From contig CAUZPL010000010.1 in assembly GCA_963581585.1 (NCBI GenBank), positions 16,607 through 80,606 of the forward strand: a stretch of 64,000 bases of DNA. The letters are read 5' to 3'. The stretch comes from Planctomycetota bacterium (lineage in GTDB: Bacteria; Planctomycetota; Planctomycetia; Planctomycetales; Planctomycetaceae). The notes beneath the pieces are model-generated. The model worked only from the letters and a program-made list of their open reading frames with translations, was not told where the DNA came from and searched no databases. Both the position numbers and the translations under genes were made by a program. This document shows positions 32,576 through 42,125 of this stretch, piece after piece (within the stretch, counting starts at the first letter, position 1; each line of letters opens with the position of its first letter).

Positions 32576-33496
32576 TTGAATCAGCAAACGTCAGACAAAC
32601 CAAAACTCAAACGTCGACTGGGACGTGGTCTCAACGCTCTTTTGGGAAGTCCGGAACCGGCAGAGGCACCACCCGCCGTAAAACTGCCGTCGCCAGCTGT
32701 GGATGAGATCAGTGTGGAGCTGATTGAAAGCAATCCGTTCCAGCCAAGACGTGAATTCGATCCAGCTGCGATCAACGAACTGGCAGACAGTATCCGCAAG
32801 CACGGCCTGTTGCAGCCGCTGCTTGTGCGCGGCAACGGCGATGCTTATCAGCTGGTGGCGGGAGAACGCCGCTGGAGAGCCGCTCAGCAGGTCGGTTTGG
32901 AGAACATACCCTGCCGGGTGGTGCAACTGGACGACAAACAAGTCTGCGAAGCTGCGATCGAGGAAAACCTCAAACGTCAGGATCTAAATGTTCTTGAGAA
33001 AGCAGATGCCTTCCGTGGTTATCTTGAACAGTTCGGTGGCACAGTTGAGGAACTGTCTAGGCGGCTGAGCATGAATCGGTCGACGGTGAGCAATGTGATC
33101 CGGCTGCTTGATCTGCCGGAACATGTCCAGGATGCGGTGAGACAGGGTCGCATCAGTGGCGGTCACGCACGTGCTCTGCTGCCTCTGCCAGCAGACTCAC
33201 AGACGGAGCTGACGCGTCAGATTGAGGAACAAAATCTTTCTGTTCGCGAGGCAGAAGAAGCTGTCCGCCGAATTCTTAAGTCTGGTCTGACACCGACGGA
33301 TTCTGTGACAGGTCCGGCTGCAGTATTGCCCAAGCCATCATCACATGTTATCTCGCTTCAGGAACAGCTGCGCGAAGCACTGGCTGCAAAGATCGACATC
33401 CGCCTCAGAAAGAAAGAGTCCGGCCAGATCGTGATTCACTTCGGCTCGAATGACGACTTTGAACGCATCGTCGGCCAGCTGCGGAAGGCCGCCTGA
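32576..33496 (+). CDS. parB: ParB/Spo0J chromosome partitioning protein
   Basis: LGRGLNALLG, the ParB box LLQPLLVR...YQLVAGERRWRAAQ, and an HTH region. The ORF opens at 32327, but TTG 32576 (MNQQTSDKPKLKRRLGRGL) gives the usual N-terminus. Confidence 0.85.
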   Translation: MNQQTSDKPKLKRRLGRGLNALLGSPEPAEAPPAVKLPSPAVDEISVELIESNPFQPRREFDPAAINELADSIRKHGLLQPLLVRGNGDAYQLVAGERRWRAAQQVGLENIPCRVVQLDDKQVCEAAIEENLKRQDLNVLEKADAFRGYLEQFGGTVEELSRRLSMNRSTVSNVIRLLDLPEHVQDAVRQGRISGGHARALLPLPADSQTELTRQIEEQNLSVREAEEAVRRILKSGLTPTDSVTGPAAVLPKPSSHVISLQEQLREALAAKIDIRLRKKESGQIVIHFGSNDDFERIVGQLRKAA

Positions 33497-34173
33497 TCCC
33501 GGCAGGCCCTCAATCGCAGGATGCAGATCCGACATGCGTGCCCGGTGGCAATCCGGTCAATGCCTCGGCAAGCCGGCTGGAACCACCCCGCGTGGGCAAA
33601 TCGGATGTTAAAGAATATAGACATGATCCTTAACATCGTCACTAGCAGCGTGAACACTCCTCGTTGCGCTTCTACAACCATGCTGCACTGATGACCACCG
33701 TAACTATCTAACTTCACCTGTGTTACGTGAAGACGCAGGTCCGGAGGATTGTCACAGTTTCGTGGTTGGTACGGGTTGTGCCAATCCTTGTGGGTGTTGT
33801 GGCAGAAATGACTCTTCGGATCGGGCCGATTGTGATGCCTAATGGTGGTGGTGAGGGCCCGGTGGCCACGGGCGTGAGAGAAACACCATCGGCTTCGCCC
33901 GAAGGGGTTCGGTTGCAGCGAAAGAGAGCCGCGGTCCAAAGCCGCGACGGACTGTCTGACAGCAGTCCGTGTTCGTCCGATGCGGGGGAGGAGGCATCCC
34001 TCCTTCCCTGTCTCGGATGAAAACACTCTGAAATGGTTCGCGCAGAATGAATCCGGATGGTTTGATTCATGCGCCATCGATCGCCGCTTTCTGCGGTGAT
34101 CGATGGTAAGTCATGTTGCCTGAACGCAGTGCTTCCCTGTGGGAATCCTTCGGACGAATAAGGGGAGTAATCT

Positions 34174-34686
34174 ATGATGAAAGGCCTTGCAGGATGTTTG
34201 TGGCAGGACGAACACAGAGTGATCCTGTCGGCCGAAATCGTGATTGTGGGAACGGTACCTGTGATCGGGCTGATCACAGATATGACAAGTCTTCAACGGG
34301 CGGTGAATGCTGAAATGGGTGACCTGGCAGATAAATTTGACTGTCTGGACCAGTCCTGCAGTTTCGCTGGTCAGGGCAGCACTATTTGTCGTTCCGGCGG
34401 CAGGAAAGCGAGTTTTTCCGGGTCGCTGTATCGTAACTGTAAAGACCAGGTCAATGTGGAATTCAGCGAAATCTCGAAAGCCGGCAGTGAAATGCCGACC
34501 GTTACGTCTCCGATGACTGTCACTTCGTGGCCGTACTGTTCGTCATGTCGGAGTAGCTGCAGAACATGCGCCGGCACGGAAATGTGCCGGACGGCTCACT
34601 GTCCCTCGATTCAACACCGGTGTACCGCGAACGAAAGTGACAGAGTCGCCGTCGGTGTCTCCAGTTGCGACCAGGGAATGTGGTGA
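34174..34686 (+). CDS. small Flp/pilin-like protein with Cys-rich C-terminal tail (hypothetical)
   Basis: A strong SD-like AAGGGGAG lies 7 nt upstream of ATG 34174. The N-terminus LWQDEHRVILSAEIVIVGTVPVIGLI has the Flp-like layout (acidic DE, then a hydrophobic helix with an early Glu), followed by AVNAEMGDLADKFDCLDQSCSFAG. The tail has about 10 Cys. The extent of the real product is uncertain. Confidence 0.45.
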   Translation: MMKGLAGCLWQDEHRVILSAEIVIVGTVPVIGLITDMTSLQRAVNAEMGDLADKFDCLDQSCSFAGQGSTICRSGGRKASFSGSLYRNCKDQVNVEFSEISKAGSEMPTVTSPMTVTSWPYCSSCRSSCRTCAGTEMCRTAHCPSIQHRCTANESDRVAVGVSSCDQGMW

Positions 34687-34900
34687 AGTACCATTCAACT
34701 GTGTCCCAAGTCCGCCGAAACAGTCTTTTGTCAACATCCCTGACAGTGTGTGGTAGGTCTGACCACACATAACCCACATTCAGAGACGTAAGATGTCAGG
34801 TGAGATCAACTGAATGTCGCCGCAAAGAAGTGAACCGGCTGTGACGGTTCGCCTGTCTTTTTGCTGAATGCCGGCCGGAGCGACAGATCATTCATAGAAC

Positions 34901-35614
34901 TCAGGGAGTGGCAACGGGGGCAGCACCGGATGACGAAGCCCCTGCCGATGAACCGACGGCTCCTCCCAGTCTTGGCGAAGGAATGCTCGTGTTGTACAGG
35001 TCATTGATGATCTGCACTTCAGACGCTGGTCGGCTGTATTCACGTCCGATCCGAACAGCCACGCTGACAGTTTCAGATCCGTGCGTCAATTCGGTAACAG
35101 CACTTTCCACGTTGCTGAGTCGTACACTGTCGATACCGGGATCCCGCGTGGACTGAATATACACCGCTCGGCGTTGCAGAGGCGTGATTTCCAGAATACG
35201 TTGCAGATGCAGTCGACCTGGCCGCGTGAGTGTCTGGTCGTCGTTGCTGAAGTGTCGGTTGTACAAAGTGGTTTCTTCGGTCCAGCCGTTGGACTTCTGT
35301 ACTTCCATGATGTCACTCACATACCGACGGTCCGAACAAACGTACGGCAGGGGCCAGTAATGAGCAGCATGGAAGGTGTGAGAAAACTGCTGAGCTTCTC
35401 CGGTTGGGCGCGGTCGCGCTGGCCAGATTTTCCCCTTCCTGCACTTTTGGCGCACACCGGGAGTAATCTGAGATTTTTCTGACCACCACTGAGCCGATCC
35501 TGGTTTCGCACTCGAATAGGGATCTGTTGATTCAATCAGGCTCGGGCCGGTCATACACCCTAAAAAGAGTGTCATCGTTACAAATGCAAGACTGCAGGGA
35601 CCAATCGTCCTCAT
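34901..35614 (-). CDS. hypothetical lipoprotein
   Basis: ATG 35614 was verified. MRTIGPCSLAFVTMTLFLGCMTG has the lipobox LFLGC, and the tail is Ser/Gly/Ala-rich. No family recognised. Confidence 0.6.
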   Translation of the reverse strand: MRTIGPCSLAFVTMTLFLGCMTGPSLIESTDPYSSAKPGSAQWWSEKSQITPGVRQKCRKGKIWPARPRPTGEAQQFSHTFHAAHYWPLPYVCSDRRYVSDIMEVQKSNGWTEETTLYNRHFSNDDQTLTRPGRLHLQRILEITPLQRRAVYIQSTRDPGIDSVRLSNVESAVTELTHGSETVSVAVRIGREYSRPASEVQIINDLYNTSIPSPRLGGAVGSSAGASSSGAAPVATP

Positions 35615-35983
35615 GGCCGCACCAATCCGTGAACAACATATGAGATGGAACCGGCGACATTGTCGCCACGGACCCACTGCGAGAAACGCAGGCGCAGAGG
35701 GCTCCCAGTCTGGTTTCGTCAATTGCGGCACCTAACCGATGCCGTCAACTTCCGGCAATCGATGGGTTACCGACATCGCTCAACACCGGAAACGCAGACC
35801 CTGCGCAAACTGCGCGTCCTGCGGTCCCCGCAGAATTTGACATCGATCGCCACAAAGTCCGGATCGGCAGAAACAGCCGCTGCACACAAGCGGTCAGAGT
35901 GGTCCTTAAGTTCTCAATCGCCGGAGGTTCCGTTAAGGTGTGCCGGGGTAATCTGCTTCTATCCTGATTCACATGATTCGCCC

Positions 35984-36565
35984 ATGATTTTTTTGCTCGA
36001 TAACTATGACTCATTCACCTACAACCTAGTTCAGCGAATCGGTGAAATTGACGGGGCTCTGGACATCAAAGTCGTCCGTAATGACCAAACTTCGCTGGAG
36101 TCCATTGAATTACTGCAACCGGAACGGATTATCATTTCTCCGGGCCCATGCACTCCCGCCGAGGCCGGTTTGTCGAGAGACGTCATCCGACACTTTGGCA
36201 TGCGGTTACCGGTACTGGGAGTATGTCTGGGACATCAATGCCTGGCAGATGTGTACGGAGCGCGAGTGGAACGCGCCGGTCGCTTAATGCACGGCAAGAC
36301 CTCCCTGATTTGCCACGATGGAGCAGGAATATTCGCGGGGTTGCCGCAGCCATTTGAAGCGACACGTTACCACAGCCTGATTGTCCCTCAGGAATCAGTT
36401 CCGGACTGCCTGCAGGTGACAGCCTGGGTCGACGAATTGAACCATGGTTACGAAGTCATGGGACTACAACACCGCGAGTATCCAGTCCATGGTGTGCAGT
36501 TTCACCCGGAGAGTTTTTTGACTGCTCGAGGCCATGATCTACTGAGAAATTTTCTGGCGGTGTGA
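35984..36565 (+). CDS. trpG: anthranilate/aminodeoxychorismate synthase component II (glutamine amidotransferase)
   Basis: MIFLLDNYDSFTYNLVQ, the catalytic GVCLGHQ and HPES motifs. ATG 35984 was verified inside the longer ORF 35645..36565. Confidence 0.9.
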   Translation: MIFLLDNYDSFTYNLVQRIGEIDGALDIKVVRNDQTSLESIELLQPERIIISPGPCTPAEAGLSRDVIRHFGMRLPVLGVCLGHQCLADVYGARVERAGRLMHGKTSLICHDGAGIFAGLPQPFEATRYHSLIVPQESVPDCLQVTAWVDELNHGYEVMGLQHREYPVHGVQFHPESFLTARGHDLLRNFLAV

Positions 36566-36907
36566 TTCTCAGAATACTGCCTGAAACTTTGGAAACGTGC
36601 AAAGATCCCGTTCCGACTGACGAAGGACCCCGGTTGTAGACCAGGTCGACTCGGCCATCTGGAAATGTGTCACAGCTTTTCAGCAACATCCGTCATTCTT
36701 TGGAATCCATCTGGATTGCCAAACGTGGCAGCCCTCAGAATTGCGGCAGAAAAACATGGTATCCTTCAGTCTCCGGCTTGATTCAACTCAAGGATCGGAT
36801 GGTTAAACCTGATCTGCTCTGTGGTACCGATCCACGCTTGAATCAATTACTGACGACTCAAAGAAATCTTGCTCAAAAAACAGTTTACTTAGAAACAAGG
36901 CAATCCA

Positions 36908-38635
36908 ATGACCCCGGCTCCAGTGTTTCACTCGATGTTGCCTTTGGCGGTGATTGCGTCTGTAGCAATGCCGGCGCAGGCTCAGAACGTGATTTTCAGT
37001 GATCAGCTACTGCCGGAGAATACCTATCTGCACTTAACGGTTAAGAGTGTGGAGGACGCTAAAATTCAGTTCACCGAATCGCCGTTTGGTCAAATGATCA
37101 ACGATCCGGCGTTGAGCGACTTTCGTGTCGAACTGCAAAAGGCATTTGCCGGACCAGTCGGACATATTCTGGTGGAAGTCGAAGCTCAGCTTGGAATGTC
37201 GGTTGAGGAGATTCTGAGGATCCCATCAGGGGAAGTGTCGATTTCCATTGCCGGTGTGGGGAATCATATCGGGCTGGTGGTGCATGTTGATGTTGGTGAA
37301 TCCGGTTCTCAGGTTGAATCTCTGCTGGCACTGACAGAACAGGCACTCAGCGAAGTGTCAGTGCTCGCTCAGTCGAAGGAAGAATTCAGCGATACCGAGA
37401 TCACTCTGTATGAAGTTCAGGAAAAAGTTCCAACTCCGCTGCTGAAGGAGTTCGGTTGGTTCCTGCGCGACAACCATCTCGTGGTTTGCAGCAGCCAGCG
37501 AGTCATGGAGAGCCTGATTTCAAATTGGGACGGTAACTCGAGTGATTCGTTCAGCAACAACGAAACGTACAGTCACGTGCTGAATCGTCTGGAGACGGAA
37601 CCGGGCTCGGCAGATTCCGTCATGTATCTGGACCTGATTGGTCTGTTGACAAAACTGTCACAGACGGGATCGTTCGGCGGCGCCCAGCTTTATGCCAGCA
37701 TGGCGATTTCCCAGTTGCCCATTTTGGGGCTCAATCAGCTGAAGGCAATTGCAATGGTGACCGAAGAAGCTTCCGGTGAACTTCAGATGGTCAATCGCGC
37801 GATGCTTTATGCAGATCAGCCTCCGACCGACCTAATGCGCACCTTCATGCTGGAACCCGTTAACCCTTCACCTCCTAGCTGGGTCAAAGAAGATGCTGTC
37901 CTGTATGTGGCCACGAACTGGCAGATTTCAGAGGCTTATGCCGCGGTTGAAAGTTTGGTCGATGGATTCCAGGGCCCCGGTACGCTGGCGACACTAATCG
38001 ATCAGATGTCGGAATCGGCTCCAGGTGTCCACATCAAAGACGACCTCATCGATCAACTCACGGGTGAACTGCATCTGATCGGCGGAGGTCTGGATTCGTC
38101 GACCGGAGCCAACGAAATGCTGTTTGCGATCGGCATTCAGGATCCGGACGCATTCAGTGATCTGCTGGCTCAAGTCAGCGACGAACCGGGTTTCCCGGCA
38201 ACAATTCGCGAGTTCCGTGGTTTTACACTTTACGAAGTCAGTGAGGCCGGCTCGGCAATCGGACTCACCGTCGCCAACGGGGCGTTTCTGATCGCAGTTG
38301 GCGAAACTATCATGGAACAGGTTCTCCGCGATGACGATGACGTCCGTTCACTGGGCGAATCAGATGACTTCCGAAGGATCGCTCAACACTTCCCGTCAGA
38401 AGTTGTGGCGGTCAACTTTGCACGACCGGCAGAGCAATACCGGTCCTTGTATGAGCTGTTGCAAAACGGCAATGTGACCGATCACTTCCCTGGAATGGAC
38501 GAAATCTTTGCGGATATCGATTTTACAACCCTGCCGCCCTTTGAATCAATCAGCAAGTATCTGACCCCGGCCGGAGGCTTCACAGTTGCTGACGAAAATG
38601 GCTATGTGTCCGAAGGGTTCTCACTGCGACCGTAA
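36908..38635 (+). CDS. hypothetical secreted protein
   Basis: 575-aa ORF with a signal peptide (LPLAVIASVAMPAQAQ) and acidic, protein-like composition throughout. No family recognised with confidence. Confidence 0.65.
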   Translation: MTPAPVFHSMLPLAVIASVAMPAQAQNVIFSDQLLPENTYLHLTVKSVEDAKIQFTESPFGQMINDPALSDFRVELQKAFAGPVGHILVEVEAQLGMSVEEILRIPSGEVSISIAGVGNHIGLVVHVDVGESGSQVESLLALTEQALSEVSVLAQSKEEFSDTEITLYEVQEKVPTPLLKEFGWFLRDNHLVVCSSQRVMESLISNWDGNSSDSFSNNETYSHVLNRLETEPGSADSVMYLDLIGLLTKLSQTGSFGGAQLYASMAISQLPILGLNQLKAIAMVTEEASGELQMVNRAMLYADQPPTDLMRTFMLEPVNPSPPSWVKEDAVLYVATNWQISEAYAAVESLVDGFQGPGTLATLIDQMSESAPGVHIKDDLIDQLTGELHLIGGGLDSSTGANEMLFAIGIQDPDAFSDLLAQVSDEPGFPATIREFRGFTLYEVSEAGSAIGLTVANGAFLIAVGETIMEQVLRDDDDVRSLGESDDFRRIAQHFPSEVVAVNFARPAEQYRSLYELLQNGNVTDHFPGMDEIFADIDFTTLPPFESISKYLTPAGGFTVADENGYVSEGFSLRP

Positions 38636-38868
38636 CGGTCTGAACCTGGATGCCATTGCTCAAACCAGCGGTGACGGACTGATGTAAGTCACCGGGTTCT
38701 GTCTCCGGGCGCAGCCAAAGAGTTTACTGTCATGGCTTAGAAGGGATTCTTTGCTCTGCCGGTTACCTTAAGCGCTCCCATATCGACACGCCGGGTCTCG
38801 TCGGCCGTGGGTGATTTTTGACCATGAGATGAATCGCCGACCACAGGGTCCCTCGGCAGGAACGCTGG

Positions 38869-39519
38869 ATGACCGCACCAGATAAATCAATCGGAGGGCT
38901 GCAACTTCCGAACTCGGATTCACCCGTCGTGATCTGGTGGAATGGAGCGTGCCGACCGGCACACGACTTCCCGGCCACTGCCATTTTTCCTGGGGCATTC
39001 AATCCCATTCATGACGGACACCGCCGACTACGTCAGGCAGCCGCTGTGTTTCTGGGCTGTCCGGTGTTTTATGAATTATCGATCTGCAATGTGGAAAAAC
39101 CAAAACTGGATGCCAGTGAGGTTCATCAACGTCTGCGGCAGATCTCAGACAGCCACGTGCTGCTGACGAATGCCGCTATGTTTTCTGACAAAGCCGACCT
39201 GTTTCCTGCCTGCTGGTTCGTTGTGGGCTTTGACACCGCGGAACGGATCCTGAATCCAGTTTATTACGACACGGGAGAGCAGCGACGCAACCAGTCACTG
39301 CGCGATCTGCGATCCGCGAATGTGAAGTTTCTGGTTGCCGGTCGTGTTGATTTAAAGCAACCGTCGGCTCAATTTCGAACGACTGATCATCTGACTGTCG
39401 ACGACGAATTCAAGGAAATGTTTGTCGGGCTGCCGGAAACCTGTTTTCGCGTTGACATCTCATCGACGGCCATTCGGCAGCAGCGAGTACACACTGGTAC
39501 AGCAAAGTCTGACAGCTGA
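38869..39519 (+). CDS. nadD: nicotinate/nicotinamide-nucleotide adenylyltransferase-like nucleotidyltransferase
   Basis: Both signature motifs of the NadD-type cytidylyltransferase fold are present: GAFNPIHDGH (HxGH) near the N-terminus and ISSTAIR near the C-terminus. Confidence 0.6.
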   Translation: MTAPDKSIGGLQLPNSDSPVVIWWNGACRPAHDFPATAIFPGAFNPIHDGHRRLRQAAAVFLGCPVFYELSICNVEKPKLDASEVHQRLRQISDSHVLLTNAAMFSDKADLFPACWFVVGFDTAERILNPVYYDTGEQRRNQSLRDLRSANVKFLVAGRVDLKQPSAQFRTTDHLTVDDEFKEMFVGLPETCFRVDISSTAIRQQRVHTGTAKSDS

Positions 39520-39520
39520 G

Positions 39521-40063
39521 TTATCGCAGGGGATCCAGACCAAGGCTTCGGCGAATGATCCCGATCTGACCAGCATGGAGTTGTTCATGAAGTGGACAAA
39601 ACATGATGGCTCCCAGCTTGTTGGGCCACGCGGTCCAGGGACGCTCAACTTCCTCCAGCAAAACCTCCGGCCGAACCAGGCGCAGTTCAGTCAGGGCGAC
39701 ATCGTGAATACGGGTTAACCGAGCAACCAGTTCGTCGGGTGTCGGCTGCCCGGCCGGATCGGCCCTGGGTGTCGATTGACGGCTGTAGGCCCTGCGAAAC
39801 TTACCTGAAACCAGCCCGAGATCTTCCGACCGGCGACCCCGAACGCGAAACATCAGCAGGCCATATTGGCTGACTGCAAGGTGTCCTGTTTGCCACGCAA
39901 TATTGGACGGCAGGCCATCCGGAATTTCGAACCAGCTCTCAGCCGGAGTCTCATTCAGCAGGCTGAGCGTGTAGGTCCTCGCAAATTGAAGCTGTTCGAT
40001 CGTTCCGTTGAGTAACGTAGCAGCAGTCGCTGTATCGGGAGCTGGTGTCGTTTTGATAGTCAT
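39521..40063 (-). CDS. DinB family protein
   Basis: Four-helix DinB-like pattern with conserved His positions (WQTGHLAV..., LHEQLHAGQI). ATG 40063 was verified inside ORF 39521..40132. Confidence 0.75.
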   Translation of the reverse strand: MTIKTTPAPDTATAATLLNGTIEQLQFARTYTLSLLNETPAESWFEIPDGLPSNIAWQTGHLAVSQYGLLMFRVRGRRSEDLGLVSGKFRRAYSRQSTPRADPAGQPTPDELVARLTRIHDVALTELRLVRPEVLLEEVERPWTAWPNKLGAIMFCPLHEQLHAGQIGIIRRSLGLDPLR

Positions 40064-40441
40064 TGCAATACAAATCATCAGGGGAGAAGGACCACGAACA
40101 ATCAATGGAAACTGCGACCTTGGCGGAACCAATCAGACAGGGCAACACTCTTTAATGGTTTCCACAAGTGTCAGGTCCCCTAGTTGAGTCGTTCTGACTG
40201 ATTCATTAAGGGCCTGGCCCTGTGAGTGGGTCAGCTCATTTCAATTTGCTCAATATGCTTCTCCGCTTTACAGATTTTTCGTGCCGGAACCTACCCCTGA
40301 CATCAACGAAGATGCGGGATTCCTCAGGAGCAGGTGCCACCTGTGTTGTTTCTCGCCTGAATTAGGTCTGAAACAGGAGATTCGGATTTCGGATCCAGTT
40401 CCTGGGAGGCACAATGGAGCGATGTACCCGCCAATAAATTT

Positions 40442-41971
40442 TTGCCGGAGGCAGCTGACCCGTCATCACCGAAGGATTCTGATTTGAACGAATTCCGTGC
40501 GTGCGTGAACGCAGTCCGTAAGCGGCAGCAGCGACAGTGGCTTTGGCAGTGTATGTCCACAGGGCTGCTGGTCAGTGGTCTGGTGGCCTGCTTCGTGGCG
40601 GTGGCTTTTTCCAGGCAGTGGTTTGAGATTCACTGGATGCATCTGGCCGGAACTCTCGTCGCTGGCCCTGTACTAGGCTGGGTGTCTTCTGCAAATCGGT
40701 CCCGTAGCGAACGAGACGCTGCGGCGGCGATCGATCAGACGTACCAGCTCAAGGACCGTGCGACAACGGCACTCGAATTTCTAGCACAGTCAGCCGTTCC
40801 AACCGTTTGGCAGGGGCTGCAGCTGGAAGACGCAGTGCAGCATCTGGCCTTAGTCGATCCACAAACAGTGGCTCCCATCCGAGTACCTCGATCATGGTTC
40901 TGTGGGCTGGGTGTATCAGCTGTTGCCCTCGCAATCTCATTTTTCGGGGCGCCCGCAGAACCGGCTTTCGCTAAAGCTGTCCTGAACGAAGTGGTGATGG
41001 CGCAGGCCATCGCGGTGGAAGACAGTCTAAAAGAGCTCCAAGAGTTTAATACGGAAGGCATCGATGTCGAAATGGAAGAGTTGCTCCGGGAACTGGCTGA
41101 GCACCTGGACGAATTGAAACAACCAGGCTTGAATCGTCGAGACGCGATGGCAGGGCTGTCGAAATTGGAAACCGCTTTACAGGAAAAACTGCAGCAACTG
41201 GAAAGCCCTGACACGGCAGCTCAGCTGGCTGATATTGGTGCCGCATTGTCACTGGCAGACGAAATGCGGGCGGCCGGCGATGCGATGTCAAACGGAGATC
41301 TTGACAGGGCAGCCGAGGAACTGGCCAACCTGGAAATGCCGAAACTGGATCGTCACACAAATACAGCCGTCACTGACCAGCTGCGCCAGGTTGAGCAAAA
41401 TGAAGCCAGCGGATCCAGTCGTAAGCTGAAGGAAGCAGCGGCTCAGACGGCTTTCGGGTTGAGCAAACGCAACCGCAGCGCATTTCGCGACGGGGTGAAA
41501 GGCCTGGTGGACGAATGTAAAAAGCAGGAGCGTCGAAAGAAGCTTTCTGGTTTGCTGAAGAAACAGTGTCGCAGTCTCGCGGAAAACAAAAATGAATGTG
41601 CATCTGAGTCTGAAAACACCGGGAACCGCAGGAACAGGAGTGGTAACAAATGGGGACTCGGCAGGAGCACTCGCCAGCTGGGAGAAATGACATCGAAGTT
41701 CAGTGCCAGCAACAGGATGAATATCACCGGACAGAAATCCACCGGTGGAGACAATGAAGTGGAGACAGTAACGGCTCCCCGGACACTTCAGGAAGCAATT
41801 CGTCGCCACCGCAATCAGGCTGACAGACCTGAACAGCTGACTGAGTCAGTACTGGATTCGGAACCAGTGCCGCTCGGCCACCGACAGACGATTCGTCGTT
41901 ATTTCAAACTAATTCGCCCACAAGCCGGTGAAATGGATGCCGTGAACCAACAGGCAGGGTCCGTCGAATGA
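40442..41971 (+). CDS. hypothetical membrane-anchored coiled-coil protein
   Basis: TTG start. Two N-terminal TM segments (GLLVSGLVACFVAVAF, LAGTLVAGPVLGWV) are followed by a long charged helical region and the C-terminus RQTIRRYFKLIRP. Confidence 0.6.
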   Translation: MPEAADPSSPKDSDLNEFRACVNAVRKRQQRQWLWQCMSTGLLVSGLVACFVAVAFSRQWFEIHWMHLAGTLVAGPVLGWVSSANRSRSERDAAAAIDQTYQLKDRATTALEFLAQSAVPTVWQGLQLEDAVQHLALVDPQTVAPIRVPRSWFCGLGVSAVALAISFFGAPAEPAFAKAVLNEVVMAQAIAVEDSLKELQEFNTEGIDVEMEELLRELAEHLDELKQPGLNRRDAMAGLSKLETALQEKLQQLESPDTAAQLADIGAALSLADEMRAAGDAMSNGDLDRAAEELANLEMPKLDRHTNTAVTDQLRQVEQNEASGSSRKLKEAAAQTAFGLSKRNRSAFRDGVKGLVDECKKQERRKKLSGLLKKQCRSLAENKNECASESENTGNRRNRSGNKWGLGRSTRQLGEMTSKFSASNRMNITGQKSTGGDNEVETVTAPRTLQEAIRRHRNQADRPEQLTESVLDSEPVPLGHRQTIRRYFKLIRPQAGEMDAVNQQAGSVE

Positions 41972-42125
41972 CTCTGTGTGCGATTCTGCTTCACCCGTAA
42001 TTGATTTCTCTGTACGGTTATGCTGCCAGGGACGCGTCCGTGTTGTTGGCGAAGCGGAATCGCGGTATAAGCAGGCCCCGAACGCTGTACCCACAGCAAC
42101 GACGCGTGGATCAAAAGAGAGAACG

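Noticed and set aside
33712-33732. parS-like element (TTCAC...GTGAA halves) downstream of parB.
   Set aside because: The half-sites are separated by 9 nt instead of being contiguous. The best contiguous match to TGTTTCACGTGAAACA is only about 11/16.
33733-33760. SRP RNA domain IV-like string GCAGGTCCGGAGGA.
   Set aside because: It resembles the E. coli 4.5S CAGGUCCGGAAGGAAGCAGC only over about 10 nt. The tetraloop would be GGAG rather than GNRA, and the flanking conserved AGCAGC and closing helix are absent.
35645-35983. N-terminal extensions of ORFs given in the six-frame track. They affect trpG 35645, ftsY 41976, parB 32327, xer 49661, DUF1559 25326, DinB 40132, trmD 28093, rplU 12057 and the 1665-3869 ORF.
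   Set aside because: The extensions are Arg-rich and non-homologous. Internal start codons that I verified in frame reproduce the canonical family N-termini, and for xer the extension would run through a 16-bp hairpin.
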